NCBI RefSeq assembly: GCF_964213995.1
Contig: NW_027590128.1
Location: 124,001 to 188,000, forward strand
Direction: 5' to 3'
Source of the DNA: Mustelus asterias
Lineage: Eukaryota
DNA length: 64,000 nucleotides
This document shows, piece after piece, positions 21,905 through 34,663 of this stretch. The translations under genes were made by a program, and so were the position numbers. The notes below the pieces were generated by a model that saw only the letters and a list, made by a program, of their open reading frames with translations, was not told where the DNA came from and searched no databases. The stretch's first letter is position 1. Each line of letters starts with the position of its first letter.

Positions 21905-22579
21905 ATGGAGAAACCATGGAAATGTGGGGACTGTGGGAAGGGATACAGAGCCCCATGTCTGCTGGAAGCTCATCGGCGCAGCCACACTGGGGAGAGGCTG
22001 TTCATCTGCCCTGAGTGTGAGAAGGGATTTAATCAGTTCTCCAGCTTACGGACACACCAACGAGTTCACACTGGGGAGAGACCATTCACCTGCTCTCAAT
22101 GTGGGAAGGGATTCATTCAGTCATCCCACCTGCGGACACACCAGCGAGTTCACACTGGGGAGAGGCCATTCACCTGCTCTCAGTGTGGGAAGGGATTCAC
22201 TCAGTTATCCAGCCTGCAGACACACCAGCGAGTTCACACTGGGGAGAGGCCATTCACCTGCTCTCAGTGTGGGAAGGGATTCACTCAGTTATCCAGCCTG
22301 CAGACACACCAGCGAGTTCACACTGGGGAGAGGCCGTTCACCTGCTCTCAGTGTGGGAAGGGATTCACTCGGTTACCCGACCTGCGGACACACCAGCGAG
22401 TTCACACAGGGGAGAAACCATTCACCTGCTCTCAGTGTGGGAAGGGCTTCACTCGGTCATCCACCCTGCGGACACATCAACCAGTCCACACTGGGGAGAG
22501 GCCATTCACCTGCTCTCAGTGTGGGAAGGGTTTCAGCGTTTCATCCCGGCTGCTGAGACACCAGCGAGTTCACGAGTGA
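21905..22579 (+). CDS. ZNF-3: 8-finger C2H2 protein with a highly homogenised array
   Basis: 224 aa = 8x28; CACCATGG start; candidate acceptor tttcag|GATATT at 21554. Confidence 0.92.
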   Translation: MEKPWKCGDCGKGYRAPCLLEAHRRSHTGERLFICPECEKGFNQFSSLRTHQRVHTGERPFTCSQCGKGFIQSSHLRTHQRVHTGERPFTCSQCGKGFTQLSSLQTHQRVHTGERPFTCSQCGKGFTQLSSLQTHQRVHTGERPFTCSQCGKGFTRLPDLRTHQRVHTGEKPFTCSQCGKGFTRSSTLRTHQPVHTGERPFTCSQCGKGFSVSSRLLRHQRVHE

Positions 22580-22819
22580 TGACAGGGGTTGGATTCTGCT
22601 GTTATTGTTTCTGCTCTCAGTTGCATCCAGGATTGCATTTTGTTCATTCTCACAGTTGGTCAATGGGAAGGGTCAGAGGGTTTCTTTGTGCTGGACTGGC
22701 CGGTCTCAGCCTCCAGTGGGCTGATGCTCTTTGAACCTTTTTGTGAATACCTGGTTTCAAATGTCACAAGGATCACAGAGTGACAGGGTGTTAGGAAGTT
22801 TAGAGATATTGAGTCAGAA

Positions 22820-23875
22820 GAAAACAGAGGTTGGCAGTGCAAAGGTACATTTCTGAATGGAGGGCTGTGACAAGTGACGTTCCTCAGGGATCAGTGCTGG
22901 GACTTTTGCTGTTTGTAATATATATAAATGATTTGGAGGAAAATGTAACTGGTTTGATTGGTAAGTTTGTGGACGACACAAAGGTTGGTGGAATTGCGGA
23001 TAGCGATGGGGACTGGCAGAGGATACAGCAGGATATAGATCAGTTGGAGACTTGGGCAGAGAGATGGCAGATGAAGTTTAATCCGGACAAATGTGAGGTA
23101 ATGCATTTTGGAAGGTCTAATACAGATGGGAAATATACAGTCAATGGAGAACCCTTCAGAGTATTCATAGGCAGAGGGATCTGGGTGTACAGGTGCACAG
23201 GTTATTGAAAGTGGCAATGAGGTGGAGAAGATAATCAAGAAGGCATACGGCATGCTTGCCTTCTTCGGCCGGGGCATTGAGTTTAAAAATTGGTAAGTCA
23301 TGTTGCAGCTTTATAGAACCTTAGTTAGACCGCACTTGGAATCTAGTGTTCATTTCTGGTCACCACACTACCAGAAGGAAGTGGGGGCTTTGGAGAGGGT
23401 ATGGAAAATATTTACCAGGATGTTGCCTGGTAGCATTAGCTATGAGGAGAGGTTGGAGAAACTTGGTTTGTTCTCACTGGAACAACGGAGGTTGAGGGGG
23501 GCGACCTGATAGAAGTCTACAAGATTATGAGGGTCATGGACAGAGTGGATAATCAGACGCTTTTTCCCAGGGTGGAAGAGTCAATTACTAGAGGCATAGG
23601 TTTAAGGTGCGAGGGGCAAGGTTTAAAGGAGATGTACAAGGCAGGTTTTTTACACAGAGCGTGGTGGGTGCCTGGAACCCGTTGCCGGGGAAGGTAGTGG
23701 AAGCAGATACGGCAGTGACTTTTAAGATGTGTCTTGACAAATATATGAATAGCATAGGAACAGAGGGATATGGTCCCCGGAAAGGTAGGGGGTTTTAGTT
23801 CAGACGGGCAGCATGGTTGCTGCAGGCTTGGAGGGCCAAAGGGCTTGTTCCTGTGCTGTAATTTTCTTTGTTCTT
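22820..23875 (+). mobile_element. CR1 LINE 3' fragment
   Basis: VPQGSVLG..YINDL, KFVDDTKVGG, LVRPHLE; ttctttgttct tail. Confidence 0.9.
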
Positions 23876-24643
23876 CATTCTGTTTGGAACATCCCAAATG
23901 CCCATCCAATTTCCTTTTTAATTGTTTATTGTCGCTACTTCCTCCACCCTTGTAGGCAGCGAGTTCCAGGTCATCACCATTCACTGCATCAGAATATTCT
24001 TCCTCACATCTCCACCGCCCCCCCCCCCCCCCGCCCCCCACTCCCCCTCCCTTGCATCTCTGACCCAAAACAAGAAATCTGTGTCCCCCCTCGTCCTTGT
24101 CCCATCAGCTAATGGGAACAGCTTTTCTTTGTCCACCTTATCTAAACCTGTCAGAACCTTGTCCACCTCTATCAAATCTCCCCTCAACCTCCTTTGCTCC
24201 AAGGAAAACAACACCAGCCTGACATTGACAATAAAGAACAAACTAACAGAATATGTTACTGTCTGAAATCAAATGGGAATGTTTAATTTCTGTTTTAAAG
24301 ATATTGTGAATATATTGTCCTGGACAATAAAGGAATTGGAATAACTCACCTTGGGTGTGGTTGAATGGAATATGTCAACTGATATCCACCTGCAGTCTAG
24401 TGAAAGTCTGGAATATGTAGCTGGAACTCCCTTCCTAACAGAACTGTGGGTGTACGTACACCTCAGGCATTGCAGCAGTTCAAGAAGGCACCCTTGGGGT
24501 TGGGGTTGACCATGGCCAAGGCAGCTACATACAGCCACATATTCTGTTATAATTGAAGGACTGCAGATTGAATGTGAGGCATTGTGGGACTGGACTATCT
24601 TGACCATATTCCTGTGACTGCCCGGAAACACGTGTCTATTTTA

Positions 24644-26081
24644 AAGAACAAAGAACAATACAGCACAGGAACAGGCCCTTCGGCCCTCCAAGCCTGCACC
24701 GATCATGTGTTCCTAACGAGACCATCCGTTTGTATCCCTCTATTCCCAGTCTGTTCATATGGTTATCATTAAAATACGTCCCATGCATATCTGTATTGAA
24801 CCTTGCCCCCCCTTACCTTGAACTTGTGACCCCTTCTGTTTGTCGTTTCTGACCTGGGAAAAAGCTTCCAACTGTTCACCCTATCTATGCCCTTCATAAT
24901 TTTATAAACTTCTATTAGGCCGCCCCTCCACCTCTGTTTTTCCAGGGAGAACAACCCTAGTTTACTCAATCTCTCCTCATAGCTAATACCCTCCATACCA
25001 GGCAACATCCTGGTTAACCTTTTCTGCACTCTCTCCAAAGCCTCCACGTCCTTCTGGTAGTGTGGCGACCAGAACTGGACGCAGTATTCCAAATGCGGCC
25101 GAACCAACGTTCTATACATCTGCACCATCAGACCCCAACTTTTATACTCTATGCCCCGTCCAATAAAAGCAAGCATGCCATATGCCTTCTTCACCACCCT
25201 TTCCACCTGTGTTGCCACCTTTAAGGTTCTGTGGACTTGCACATCCAGATCCCTCTGCGTGTCTATACTCCTGATGGTTCTGCCATTTATTGTATAGCTC
25301 CCCCTGCATTAGATCTACTAAAATGCATCACTTCGCATTTATCTGGATTAAGTTCCATCTGCCATTTCTCCGCCCAATTTTCCAGCCTATCTATGTCCTG
25401 CTGTATTCTCTGACAATGTTCATCACAATCCACAACTCCAGCAATCATTGTGTCGTCCGCAAACTTACTAATCAGACTTGCTACATCTTCTTCCAAATCA
25501 TTTATATATATCACAAACAGCAGAGGTCCCAATACAGAGCCCTGCGGAACACCACTAGTCACAGACCTCCAATCAGAAAAAGACCCCTCCGCTGCTACCC
25601 TCTGTCTTCTATGGCCAAACCAGTTCTGTACCCATCTAGCGAGCTCACCTTTGATCCCGTGAGATTTAACCTTTTGCACCAGCCTGCCATGAGGGACCTT
25701 GTCAAATGCTTTACTAAAATCCATGTAGACGACATCCACGGCCCTTCCCTCGTCAGTCATTTTTGTCACCGCCTCAAAAAACTCAACCAAATTTGTGAGG
25801 CATGACCTCCCTCGCACAAAACCATGTTGTCTATTGCTAATGAGATTATTCAGTTCTAAATGTGTACAGATCCTATCTCTAAGAATCTTCTCCAACAATT
25901 TCCCTACCACGGACGTCAAGCTCACTGGCCTATGATTACCCGGGTTATCCTTGCTACCCTTCTTAAATAACGGGACCACATTTGCTATTCTCCAATCCTC
26001 TGGGACCTCACCTGTGTCCAATGAAGAAACAAAGATTTCTGTTAGAGGCCCAGCAATTTCATCTCTTGTCTCTCTCAGTAA
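24644..26081 (-). mobile_element. CR1 LINE 3' fragment flanked by a ~220-bp direct repeat
   Basis: RT ORF 25287-26105 (YMDFSKAFDKVPH, KFADDT); flanks 24421-24643 and 26082-26300 are near-identical. Confidence 0.92.
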
Positions 26082-27619
26082 CTGGAAGTCCCTCCCTAAC
26101 AGCACTGTGGGTGTACGTACACCTCAGGCATTGCAGCAGTTCAAGAAGGCACCCTTGGGGTTGACCATGGCCAAGGCAGCTACATACAGCCACATATTGT
26201 GTTATAATTGAAGAACTGCAGATTGAATGTGAGGCATTGTGGGACTGGACTATCTTGACCATATTCCTGTGACTGCCCGGAAACTCATGTGTCTATTTTA
26301 GTTTAAAATTGAGGATTTCTGGGAATAATGTCTCAGATGGTGGCCAGATTATCAAATTCAGTTCTCTCAAATAATTCATAGACAAAGAAACAAGTATCTC
26401 CAAGAGAAAACTGTCACCTCATTCATCTCATCTCGACTTCCCTTTCACTCAAATCTTCATAAACACCCAAATGTATGGATTCCTTTAAACTACACTTTCA
26501 GGAGTTCTCGAGAATCTTTAGAGTTAAATAAATCATTAAATATTCTCATAATATCTTTTAACAGAAACCAAACATTTCTGTTTGATTCCAGGCATTATCA
26601 ACTTTGTTCTTTCCCTTAAACACCAGGTAATTTCCATTTTAAATGCTTGAAATAGCAACTCACATCAGATATTTATCAATTCCAATCTCAAAAGCAGGCT
26701 TGTTGGCTTTCTGAAAAGTAAAGTCTTTTATTCTCTGCTTTAATTCTCAAAACTGCTGCCTTCACTCGGATTGTTCGTGAGTGAAACCGTCATCACCTGT
26801 TTAAAAAAACCCCATAAACAATCCATCTGGCTCTGGCCAAGATCCCAGTGAGTTAATGTGTCCAATCACAGGTTACATTAAAAAACAAAGGCTGTGTGGA
26901 GATTTATAAAAATCAGCTGTCTGCTGAAAGGGTTAACTTCTCTGTGGAACCGAGAGAGGCGGGGAGTGGGCAGAGGAAACTTGGCAATTGTGTCAATTTA
27001 CATAATTTAAAAAACTTCTCTCATGTTATTTTCTTCAATTTTGTTCAAATTTCATCTCTTTTATCTATCCTTTTTTGAACACCAATTTCAATTTTCAATA
27101 TTTGCTACTTAATCAAAGTTGAAAGAAATACTTTGTGAAATGTGTTGTTAACTGAATCTCAACAATTTTAACTCAAATGTTTTGGAAAGTTGGAACTGGT
27201 TTGCTGCCAAACTGCAGCCTTATCTTTCTGTTTTGGGAGCAAATTGTCCTTCACAATTCTAACCCTGAACAAGTTAATTTCAAACCCAAATACATTCCTT
27301 TCACATTTTAGTACAGTCTGAATTTATTTCAAACAGAAACTCACGGCTGTTCAAATTAGATTAATTTTTATTCCCTTTCCAAACTAATTCTTCGAATCTG
27401 TGATGCCTGCAAACAACGCCCTGCCTCAACAATTATGACTCAAATGTACGGTATTCCTTCAACTGAGCAAACCAACTTGGAGTAAGCGTTGTGGATCATG
27501 ACGGTGCAAAGGTCATGGCTAACCTCACACACCTGCATTCCCTTATCACACAGGAGAGGCAGAGGAGAGGGAGGAGTGCTTTCAGTGATTCTTTTTTTGG
27601 AGAAAACAACTACATCTGC

Positions 27620-28139
27620 TCACTGGTGACTGATTTGTGTCTCAGGTTGTTTGATGTTAGCTAAACATTGGGAGTGGTCTGCTTCAGGGGAGGTGTCACT
27701 TTGTGGCTGAATTACCTTTCTCAAAGTCCCCATGGCATCTTCTAACTCTTCACTTGATCTGATATTTTCTGATTGTAAATCAATATCTTGTTCCAGAGTT
27801 TGGCCGAACAGCAGTAGATTTTTCTGAGCTCCACTCACCCTATCATCTGCCCCCTGTTCCCAATGTAACTGATTGTCCCGGTCAGACGTGCTCTCCTGCC
27901 AGCAATCAGCTCCATTCTGCAGCTTATCCACCAGTTCCCTCAACTCTTTATATTTTGTACTCAGCTGGGAGGCACAGGTTTCCAATGTAACTGTAAATTA
28001 ATTTATTCTGGACTTTTTCCAACTCGCTATTTCCTTTCTGAATCTCTTTAGAAAACCTATCAAGGACCCGCTCGTAATCTCCGTCACATTCTTCTCCACC
28101 TCCCAGGGTATCTTTTATTCCTGATGCCGTTGACTCCAT
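27620..28139 (-). pseudogene. Frameshifted coiled-coil-like ORF relic, possibly retroelement Gag-like
   Basis: ACAATGG start, MESTASGIKD..EIQKGNSELEKVQNKL, frameshift, then KYKELRELVDKLQ..DHSQCLANIKQ; identity not established. Confidence 0.35.
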
Positions 28140-28459
28140 TGTCAAACTGTCAGTCACATTGTAGCAGATGCCAAAGCCATTGTTGTATTTGCTTTTTTGA
28201 GGCAGCAGTGCTAACCACTGTGCCACTGGATGGAATGCTGGCCCAGTGGAGAGATACATAGAAACTAGAAGCAGGAGAAGGCCATTCGGCCCCTTGAGCC
28301 TGTTCCACCACTCATCTTCATCATGGCTGATCATCGAATTCAATTTCCTGATTCCACCCCCCCACCGCCCGCCCGCCTCCCATATCCCTTGATCCCGTTA
28401 GCCCCAAGAGTATATCTCATATCTTCTTGAAATCAGACAATGTTTTGGCCTCAACTATA

Positions 28460-28815
28460 GGGTGACATGGTGGCACAGTGGTTAGCACTGCTGCCTCACA
28501 GCGCCAGGCATTTAATTCCAGCCTTGGGTGAGTGTCTGTGTGGAGTTTGCATGTTCTCCCTGTGTCTGCATGGGCTTCCTCCGGGTGCTCCAGTTTCCAC
28601 CCACAGACCAAAGATGCCCAGGTGCGGTGGATTTGCAATGTTGAATTCCCTCTTAGTATCCCAAGCTGTGTGGGTTAGATAGGTTAGCCATGGAAAATGT
28701 GTGAGATTACAGGGATAGGGCAGGGGAGAGGGCCTGGGTAAGGTGCTCTGTTAGACAGATGGTGCAGACTCGATGGGCCGAATGGTCCCTTCTGCACTGG
28801 AGGGATTCTATGATT
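28460..28815 (+). mobile_element. V-SINE/HE1-like SINE
   Basis: tggcacagtggttagcactgctgcctcacagc head, tgtgtggagtttgcatgttctcccc core, gattctatgattc tail. Confidence 0.88.
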
Positions 28816-29246
28816 CAATGAACACAGGAATGGTCAGAATTATTTCACATGTCCCAAATTTTAAATAACCATTACAATTAAAACTCTCTCATACTCACAT
28901 GTGTGAGTTTGAATCCGGATTAAAATTCCCACATGTTTAGCAAAGTATCCTGGAATCATGTCTCTGGCCAGTAAATGTGGCTCTAGGTTCACAACTTTTG
29001 TGAAAAAAAGCTTTATTAATTACACGTCCTTGATTTAAATCTGTTTGACATGTGAGTATGAGAGAGTTTTAATTGTAATGGTTATTTAAAATTTGGGACA
29101 TGTGAAATAATTCTGACCATTCCTGTGTTCATTGAATCATAGAATCCCTCCAGTGCAGAAGGGACCATTCGGACCATCGAGTCTGCACCATCTCTCTAAC
29201 AGAGCACCTTACCCAGGCCCTCTCCCCTGCCCTATCCCTGTAATCT
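28704..29246. repeat. 199-bp inverted repeat with 145-bp spacer
   Basis: 28704-28902 is the reverse complement of 29048-29246 with two mismatches seen. Confidence 0.92.
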
Positions 29247-29604
29247 GTTTGATTTAAATCACAGACAGAAAACCTGAAAGCTTGAAGCATTCAACCCACA
29301 AATATCATCCATGCACAAGCAGAGAAACTTAGCATGTGCTTTACAACAACGACGACCAAAATTAATTCCTTAAGCGTTCTTGTGGTTCTGTTTCGAAACT
29401 TCCAGAAATGCCTTCAATTAAAGACTCAAGATAAGGTTAATTCCCCAGAAAGATAAACCTTAACAAATGTAGCCCAAAACAATGATAAAACACATCTACA
29501 AACATCCACATAAAACAAATGAAACACACAGGTTCTCACAGCTCGTAAATTTCAAACAATGAATCCTCAGCATTCTCTCTCACAGCTATAGCTTCTTGAA
29601 GCGA

Positions 29605-30541
29605 CAGAGCACTACAAACGTTTCACAATATACATTAATGATTTGGAAGATGGAACTGAAGGCACTGTTGCTAAGTTTGCAGATGATACAAAGATATGTG
29701 GAGGGACAGGTAGTATTGAGGGAGCAGGGGGGCTGCAGAAGGACTTTGATGGGCTCGGAGAGTGGCAAAGTGGCAGATGGAATACAATGTGGAAAAGTGT
29801 GAGATTATGCACTTGGGTAGGAGGAATGGAGTCATCGACTATTTTCTAAATGGGGAAATGCTTCGGCAATCAGAAGCACAAAGGGACTTGGGAGTCATTG
29901 TTCAAGATTCTCTTAAAGTTAACGTGCAGGTTTAGTTGGCAGTTCGGAAGGCAGATGCAATGTTAGCATTCATGTCAAGAGGGTTAGAATACAAGAGTAG
30001 GAATGTACTTCTGAGGCTGTATAAGGCTCTGGTCAGACCCCATTTGGAGTATTGTGAGCAGTTTTGAGCCCCACATCTAAGGAAGGATATGCTGGTCTTG
30101 GAAAGGATCTGGAGGAGCTTCACAAGAATGATCTCTGGAATGAAGAGCTTGTCGTATGAAGAATGGTTGAGGACTCCGGGCCTGCACTCATTGGAGTTTA
30201 GAAGGATGAGGGGAGATCTTATTGAAACTTAGTAGGAAAAAACTAGAACTAGAGGGCACAACCTCAGGCTAAAGGGATGATCCTTTAAAACAGAGATGAG
30301 GAGGAGTTTCTTCAGCCAGAGAGTGGTGAATCTTTGGAACTCTTTGCCGCAGAAGGCTGTGAAGGTCAGTTCGTTGAGTGTCTGTAAGACAGAGATAGAT
30401 AGGTTCTTGATTAATAAGGGGATCAGGGGTTATGGGGAAAAGGCAGGAGAATGGGGATGAGAAAAATATCAGCCATGATTGAATAGCGGAGAAGACTCGA
30501 TGGGTCTGGTGGCCTATTTCTGCTCCTATGTCTTATGGTCT
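29605..30541 (+). mobile_element. CR1 LINE 3' fragment
   Basis: AKFADDTKICG, LYKALVRPHLEYC; tcttatggtct tail. Confidence 0.88.
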
Positions 30542-31339
30542 AAGTTCACAACTCCTTGATTAAAATAAGACACAAGATCCTTCATTCCACTTCATTATAA
30601 CTTAAACTTTTTTTTAGCCAACTTCCAAGGCCTGATTTTATCGGAAACATCAAGTCTTTGTTGATTTAAAATCCCAAACATGTTGCCAGCTGCAAAATCT
30701 TTGTTCTTTATCTGGGGTTGAGGTGACAACACGATAAAATCCTCACAGTTCTTCCAAATTCCTCCAGGCTCCGCTTAAAATTTCCACGTTTCACTGGTTC
30801 CCATAAATCCTCAATCAAAAACTAAAATAGACACATGAGTTTCCAGGTGATTTACAAAGAAATGAACTGTCTGCTGAAAGGGTTAACTTTTCTACAGAAC
30901 CTAAAGGGGTCGGGAGTGAGCAGAAAAAACTTGGCCCACAATTACTTCACTTTACATATGATGGGGGTTTTTCTCGGAGGCTAAGGATTGAGCTGAACCC
31001 AGTTAATACAAAGATTTGCAAAAGACAGTATACTGGTTAAAGGCATTACTTATTGAGAAAGGCAGCTGGGCAGTCCAATTCCTTTCTAAAGTTACAATAC
31101 ATTGGCCATGTAGTTATACTATTTTGAAAGTTCATTTCATCCTCCCACTCTGCCATCCTAACTGGATGCTCCAATCATGTTCATGCACAATATTTACCTT
31201 GGCCAATAACATCCTATCTTCTGGAAGAATGGGAATTCATTGGTCTGTAGAATCTGAAAGTTCCTGCCCACTGTTACTTTGCAACATTCACTTACGTAGG
31301 TCCAGAGGGTTCAAAGGTTGCTTTCTAACTGACTCTCAG

Positions 31340-31655
31340 CACGGGCGACACAGTGGCACAGTGGTTAGCACTGCTGCCTCACAGCGTCAGGGACCCGAGT
31401 TCGATTCCCGGCTTGGGTCACTGTCTGTGTGGAGTTTGCACATTCTCCCCGTGTCTGCGTGGGTTTCCTCTGGGTGCTCAGGTTTTCTCCCACAATCCAA
31501 AGATGTGCCGGTTAAGTGGATTAGACATGCTAAATTGCCCCTTAGTGTCAGGCGGACTAGCTAGGGTAAATGGGGATAGGGCCTGGGTGGGATTCTGGTT
31601 GGTGCAGATTTGATGGGCCAAATGGCCTCCTTCTGCACTGTAGGATTCTGTAACT
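31340..31655 (+). mobile_element. V-SINE/HE1-like SINE
   Basis: A and B boxes (gagttcgattccc), conserved core, CR1-like tail. Confidence 0.88.
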
Positions 31656-32469
31656 CTGTGATAACTTCTATTACAGAGCTTATAGGGTTCAAAAGTTCCT
31701 TTCCACTGTCTGCTGAGCCATCCCTTATCAGTAAAAAATGAATAATTCTATTCATTCTAATGTCTGGGAAGCAAGTATTTTCTATAACTCATACTGATAA
31801 AAACTGTGTTCTGTGGCTTCACCGTTCTGAAAGAATGTGGCCTGTCTCACTCAGCTTTTATCCCATTATGCTTTAGGGCAGTCTGCAGTTTGGCCAAGGT
31901 ATACATTTTAGTACAAAAAGTATATTTAAATCTGAAATACATGTTTAAATTCTCTACCAGTGGTTATATGTGTCTCTATGCAGACAGTACCTTTGTATAA
32001 TATAAATAAGGCACATTGTGGTCCTTATTCTACATTAGTCTAAGTCAGTCCACCCTGTTTCAATAGCCTTTATTAGTTTTTAATCTCAAGGTATTCTGAA
32101 CCCCTCTAACAAAATAACTTTAAAAAATTTAAAGTTTATAATTAGTCTCAAGTAAGCTTACATTAACACTGCAATGAAGTTACTGTAAAAAATCCCCTCT
32201 CTAACAACAAAAGAAACTTGATTTTAAACTTCATCTATGAATTTTTTTGTTATATTCTCAACCTATTTTAATTTGATCAGTTTTTGTTAGGGATGGGTAA
32301 TTTCTGTTCTTTATAAACTGGTTCACTCATTTTGTTAATTCTACATGGGCTCGGAGAATCAGAACCCAGACTCTATCATCCATATCCTTTTTCTCCTTTT
32401 GCCACCACTTTCTCTCTGTTTTGCGGGAGGATCGTGGGGATTCCAATCAGACCGAATCATTTATTATAA

Positions 32470-32620
32470 AAGTAAAACAAAAACAGAAAATGCTGGAAAA
32501 TCCCAGCAGATCTGACAGTATCTGTAGGGAGAGAATCGAGCCAACGTTTCAAGTCTGGAAGACCCTTCATCAGAGCTCCTATGAAGTGTCACCTCGACTC
32601 AAAATGTTGGCTCTATTCTC
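32470..32620. repeat. Family-2 PLE-type repeat, fold-back
   Basis: aaaacagaaaatgctggaaaatcccagcagatctg..gagctc followed by a decayed inverted copy. Confidence 0.7.
32538..32578 (-). ncRNA. Minimal hammerhead motif (family 2)
   Basis: RC GAGCU CUGAUGA A GGGUC uucca GACUU GAAA CG UU GGCUC; palindromic AACGUU in place of stem III. Confidence 0.62.
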
Positions 32621-32982
32621 AAATCGTTTTATCGTTAAGTTTCTTGTTCTTAGTTTCCAAAAGACAGGTAAGAAATCTGTCTGGTGCCCACTCGAGCTCT
32701 GATTTGTCACTGGCCATGCTTGGGTAAGATTATAACCATTAGAATCCACTCTTAGAGGTCCACTTTTCAGTCCAGTGCTACTTGGAGTGTACCGTCACTT
32801 CACCGACTACCGGGTCACAAGACCTTCACAGTTCTTATCACAAATTTATGATAAAATAATGTAAACATGCCTGAAAACGCTTCACTTCTTAGCTACCTAC
32901 CACTGTTTATTGATTAGTCAGCCCCCTTTTTTACAGATTCCAGGATCTCAGCTGCTGAACACCAGCCGGTCCCGCAATAATC

Positions 32983-33303
32983 TCATAGAATCTCGACAGT
33001 GCAGAAGGAGGCCATTCGGCCCATCAAGTTTGCACCAACCACAGTCCCACCAACCCTATCCCCATAATCCCATTCATTTACCCTAGCTAGTCCCCCTGAC
33101 ACTAAGGGGCAATTTAGCATGGCCAATCCATCTAACCTGCACTTCTTTGGACTGTGGGAGGAAACCGGAGCACCTGGAGGAAACCTACACAGACACGGGG
33201 AGAATGTGCAAACTCCACACAGACTGTGACCCAAGCTGGGAATCGAACCCGGGTTCCTTGCGCTGTGAGGCAGCAGTGCTAACCACTGTGCCACGTGCCA
33301 CCC
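32983..33303 (-). mobile_element. V-SINE/HE1-like SINE
   Basis: Full head, core and tail on the minus strand. Confidence 0.88.
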
Positions 33304-34072
33304 CAGTTTAATTCTAACTCATTCTGAGTAAATATTCTCACCAGGTCCTCTGTTGGGGCCCTGCTGAGCAGCTTTAATGGTCCGTGATTGCAGAAACTGA
33401 GCAGTCACAGGAATGTGGTCAAGATAGTCCAGTCCCATAATGCCTCACATTCAATCTGCAGTCCTTCAATTATAACAGAATATGTGGCTGTATGTAGCTG
33501 CCTCGGCCGTGGTCAACCCCAACACTGCCTTCCTGAACTGCTACAATGCCTGAGGTGTAAGTACACCCACAGTGCTGTTAGGGAGGGATTTCCAGCTACA
33601 CATTCCAGACTTTCACTAGACTGTAGGTGGATATCAGATTGATATATTCCATTCAACCACACCCAAGATGAGTTATTCCAATTCCTTTATTGTCCAGGAC
33701 AATATATTCACAATATCTTTAAAACAGAAATTAAACATTCCCATTTGATTTCAGGTATTAACATATTCTGTTAGTTTGTTCTTTATTGTCAATGTCAGGC
33801 TGGGGTTGTTCCCTTGGAGCAAAGGAGGTTGAGGGGAGATTTGATAGAGGTGGACAAGATTCTGACAGGTTTAGATAAGGTGGACAAAGAAAAGCTGTTC
33901 CCATTAGCTGATGGGACAAGGATGAGGGGGACACAGATTTATGGTTTTGGGTCAGAGATGCAGGGGGGTCACCCTTCGACCCTCCCCATTGACCAACTGA
34001 GAGAATGAACAAAATGCAGTCCTGGGTGTAATTGAGAGCAGAAACAATAACAGCAGAATCCAACCTCTGAAA

Positions 34073-34663
34073 TCACTCGTGAACTCGCTGGTGTCTCAAC
34101 AGGTGGGATGACTGAGCGAATCCCTTCCCACACTGAGGGCAGGTGAATGGCCTCTCCCCAGTATGAATGTGCTCATGTGCCCGCAGGTTGGATGAACAAG
34201 CAAATCCCTTCCCACACTGAGAGCAGATGAATGGCCTCTCCCCAGTGTGAACTCGCTGGTGTATCCGCAGGTCAGATGACCGAGTGAATCCCTTCCCACA
34301 CTGAGAGCAGGTGAATGGCTTCTCCCCAGTGTGAACTCGCTGGTGCCTCCGCAGGCTGGATAAATGACTGAATCCCTCCCCACACTGAAAACACGTGAAC
34401 AGCCTCTCCCCAGTGTGAACTCGCTGGTGTGTCAGCAGGTTGAATGACTGAATGAATCCCTTCCCACACTGAGAACACATGAACGGTCTCTCCCCAGTGT
34501 GAACTCGCTGGTGTCTCTGCAGGTTGAATGACTGAGTGAATCCCTCCCCACACTGAGAGCACATGAATGGTCTCTCCCCAGTGTGGTTGCGCCGATGAGC
34601 TTCCAGCTCATTTGGGTATCTGTATCTCTTCCCACAGTCTGCACATTTCCATGGTTTCTCCAT
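34073..34663 (-). CDS. ZNF-4: 7-finger C2H2 protein, inverted paralog of ZNF-3
   Basis: ATG at 34663 in CACCATGG; 196 aa = 7x28; 5' and 3' flanks match ZNF-3. Confidence 0.92.
   Translation of the reverse strand: MEKPWKCADCGKRYRYPNELEAHRRNHTGERPFMCSQCGEGFTQSFNLQRHQRVHTGERPFMCSQCGKGFIQSFNLLTHQRVHTGERLFTCFQCGEGFSHLSSLRRHQRVHTGEKPFTCSQCGKGFTRSSDLRIHQRVHTGERPFICSQCGKGFACSSNLRAHEHIHTGERPFTCPQCGKGFAQSSHLLRHQRVHE

Noticed and set aside
21905-22579. PRDM9 ortholog
   Set aside because: No PR/SET, SSXRD or KRAB exon is visible, and it is one of many paralogs; only the array dynamics are similar.
21849-22734. Long alternative-frame ORFs over finger arrays (e.g. 21849-22556, 22099-22734, 60210-60923)
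   Set aside because: Expected shadows of 84-bp repeats with biased codons; no independent coding evidence.
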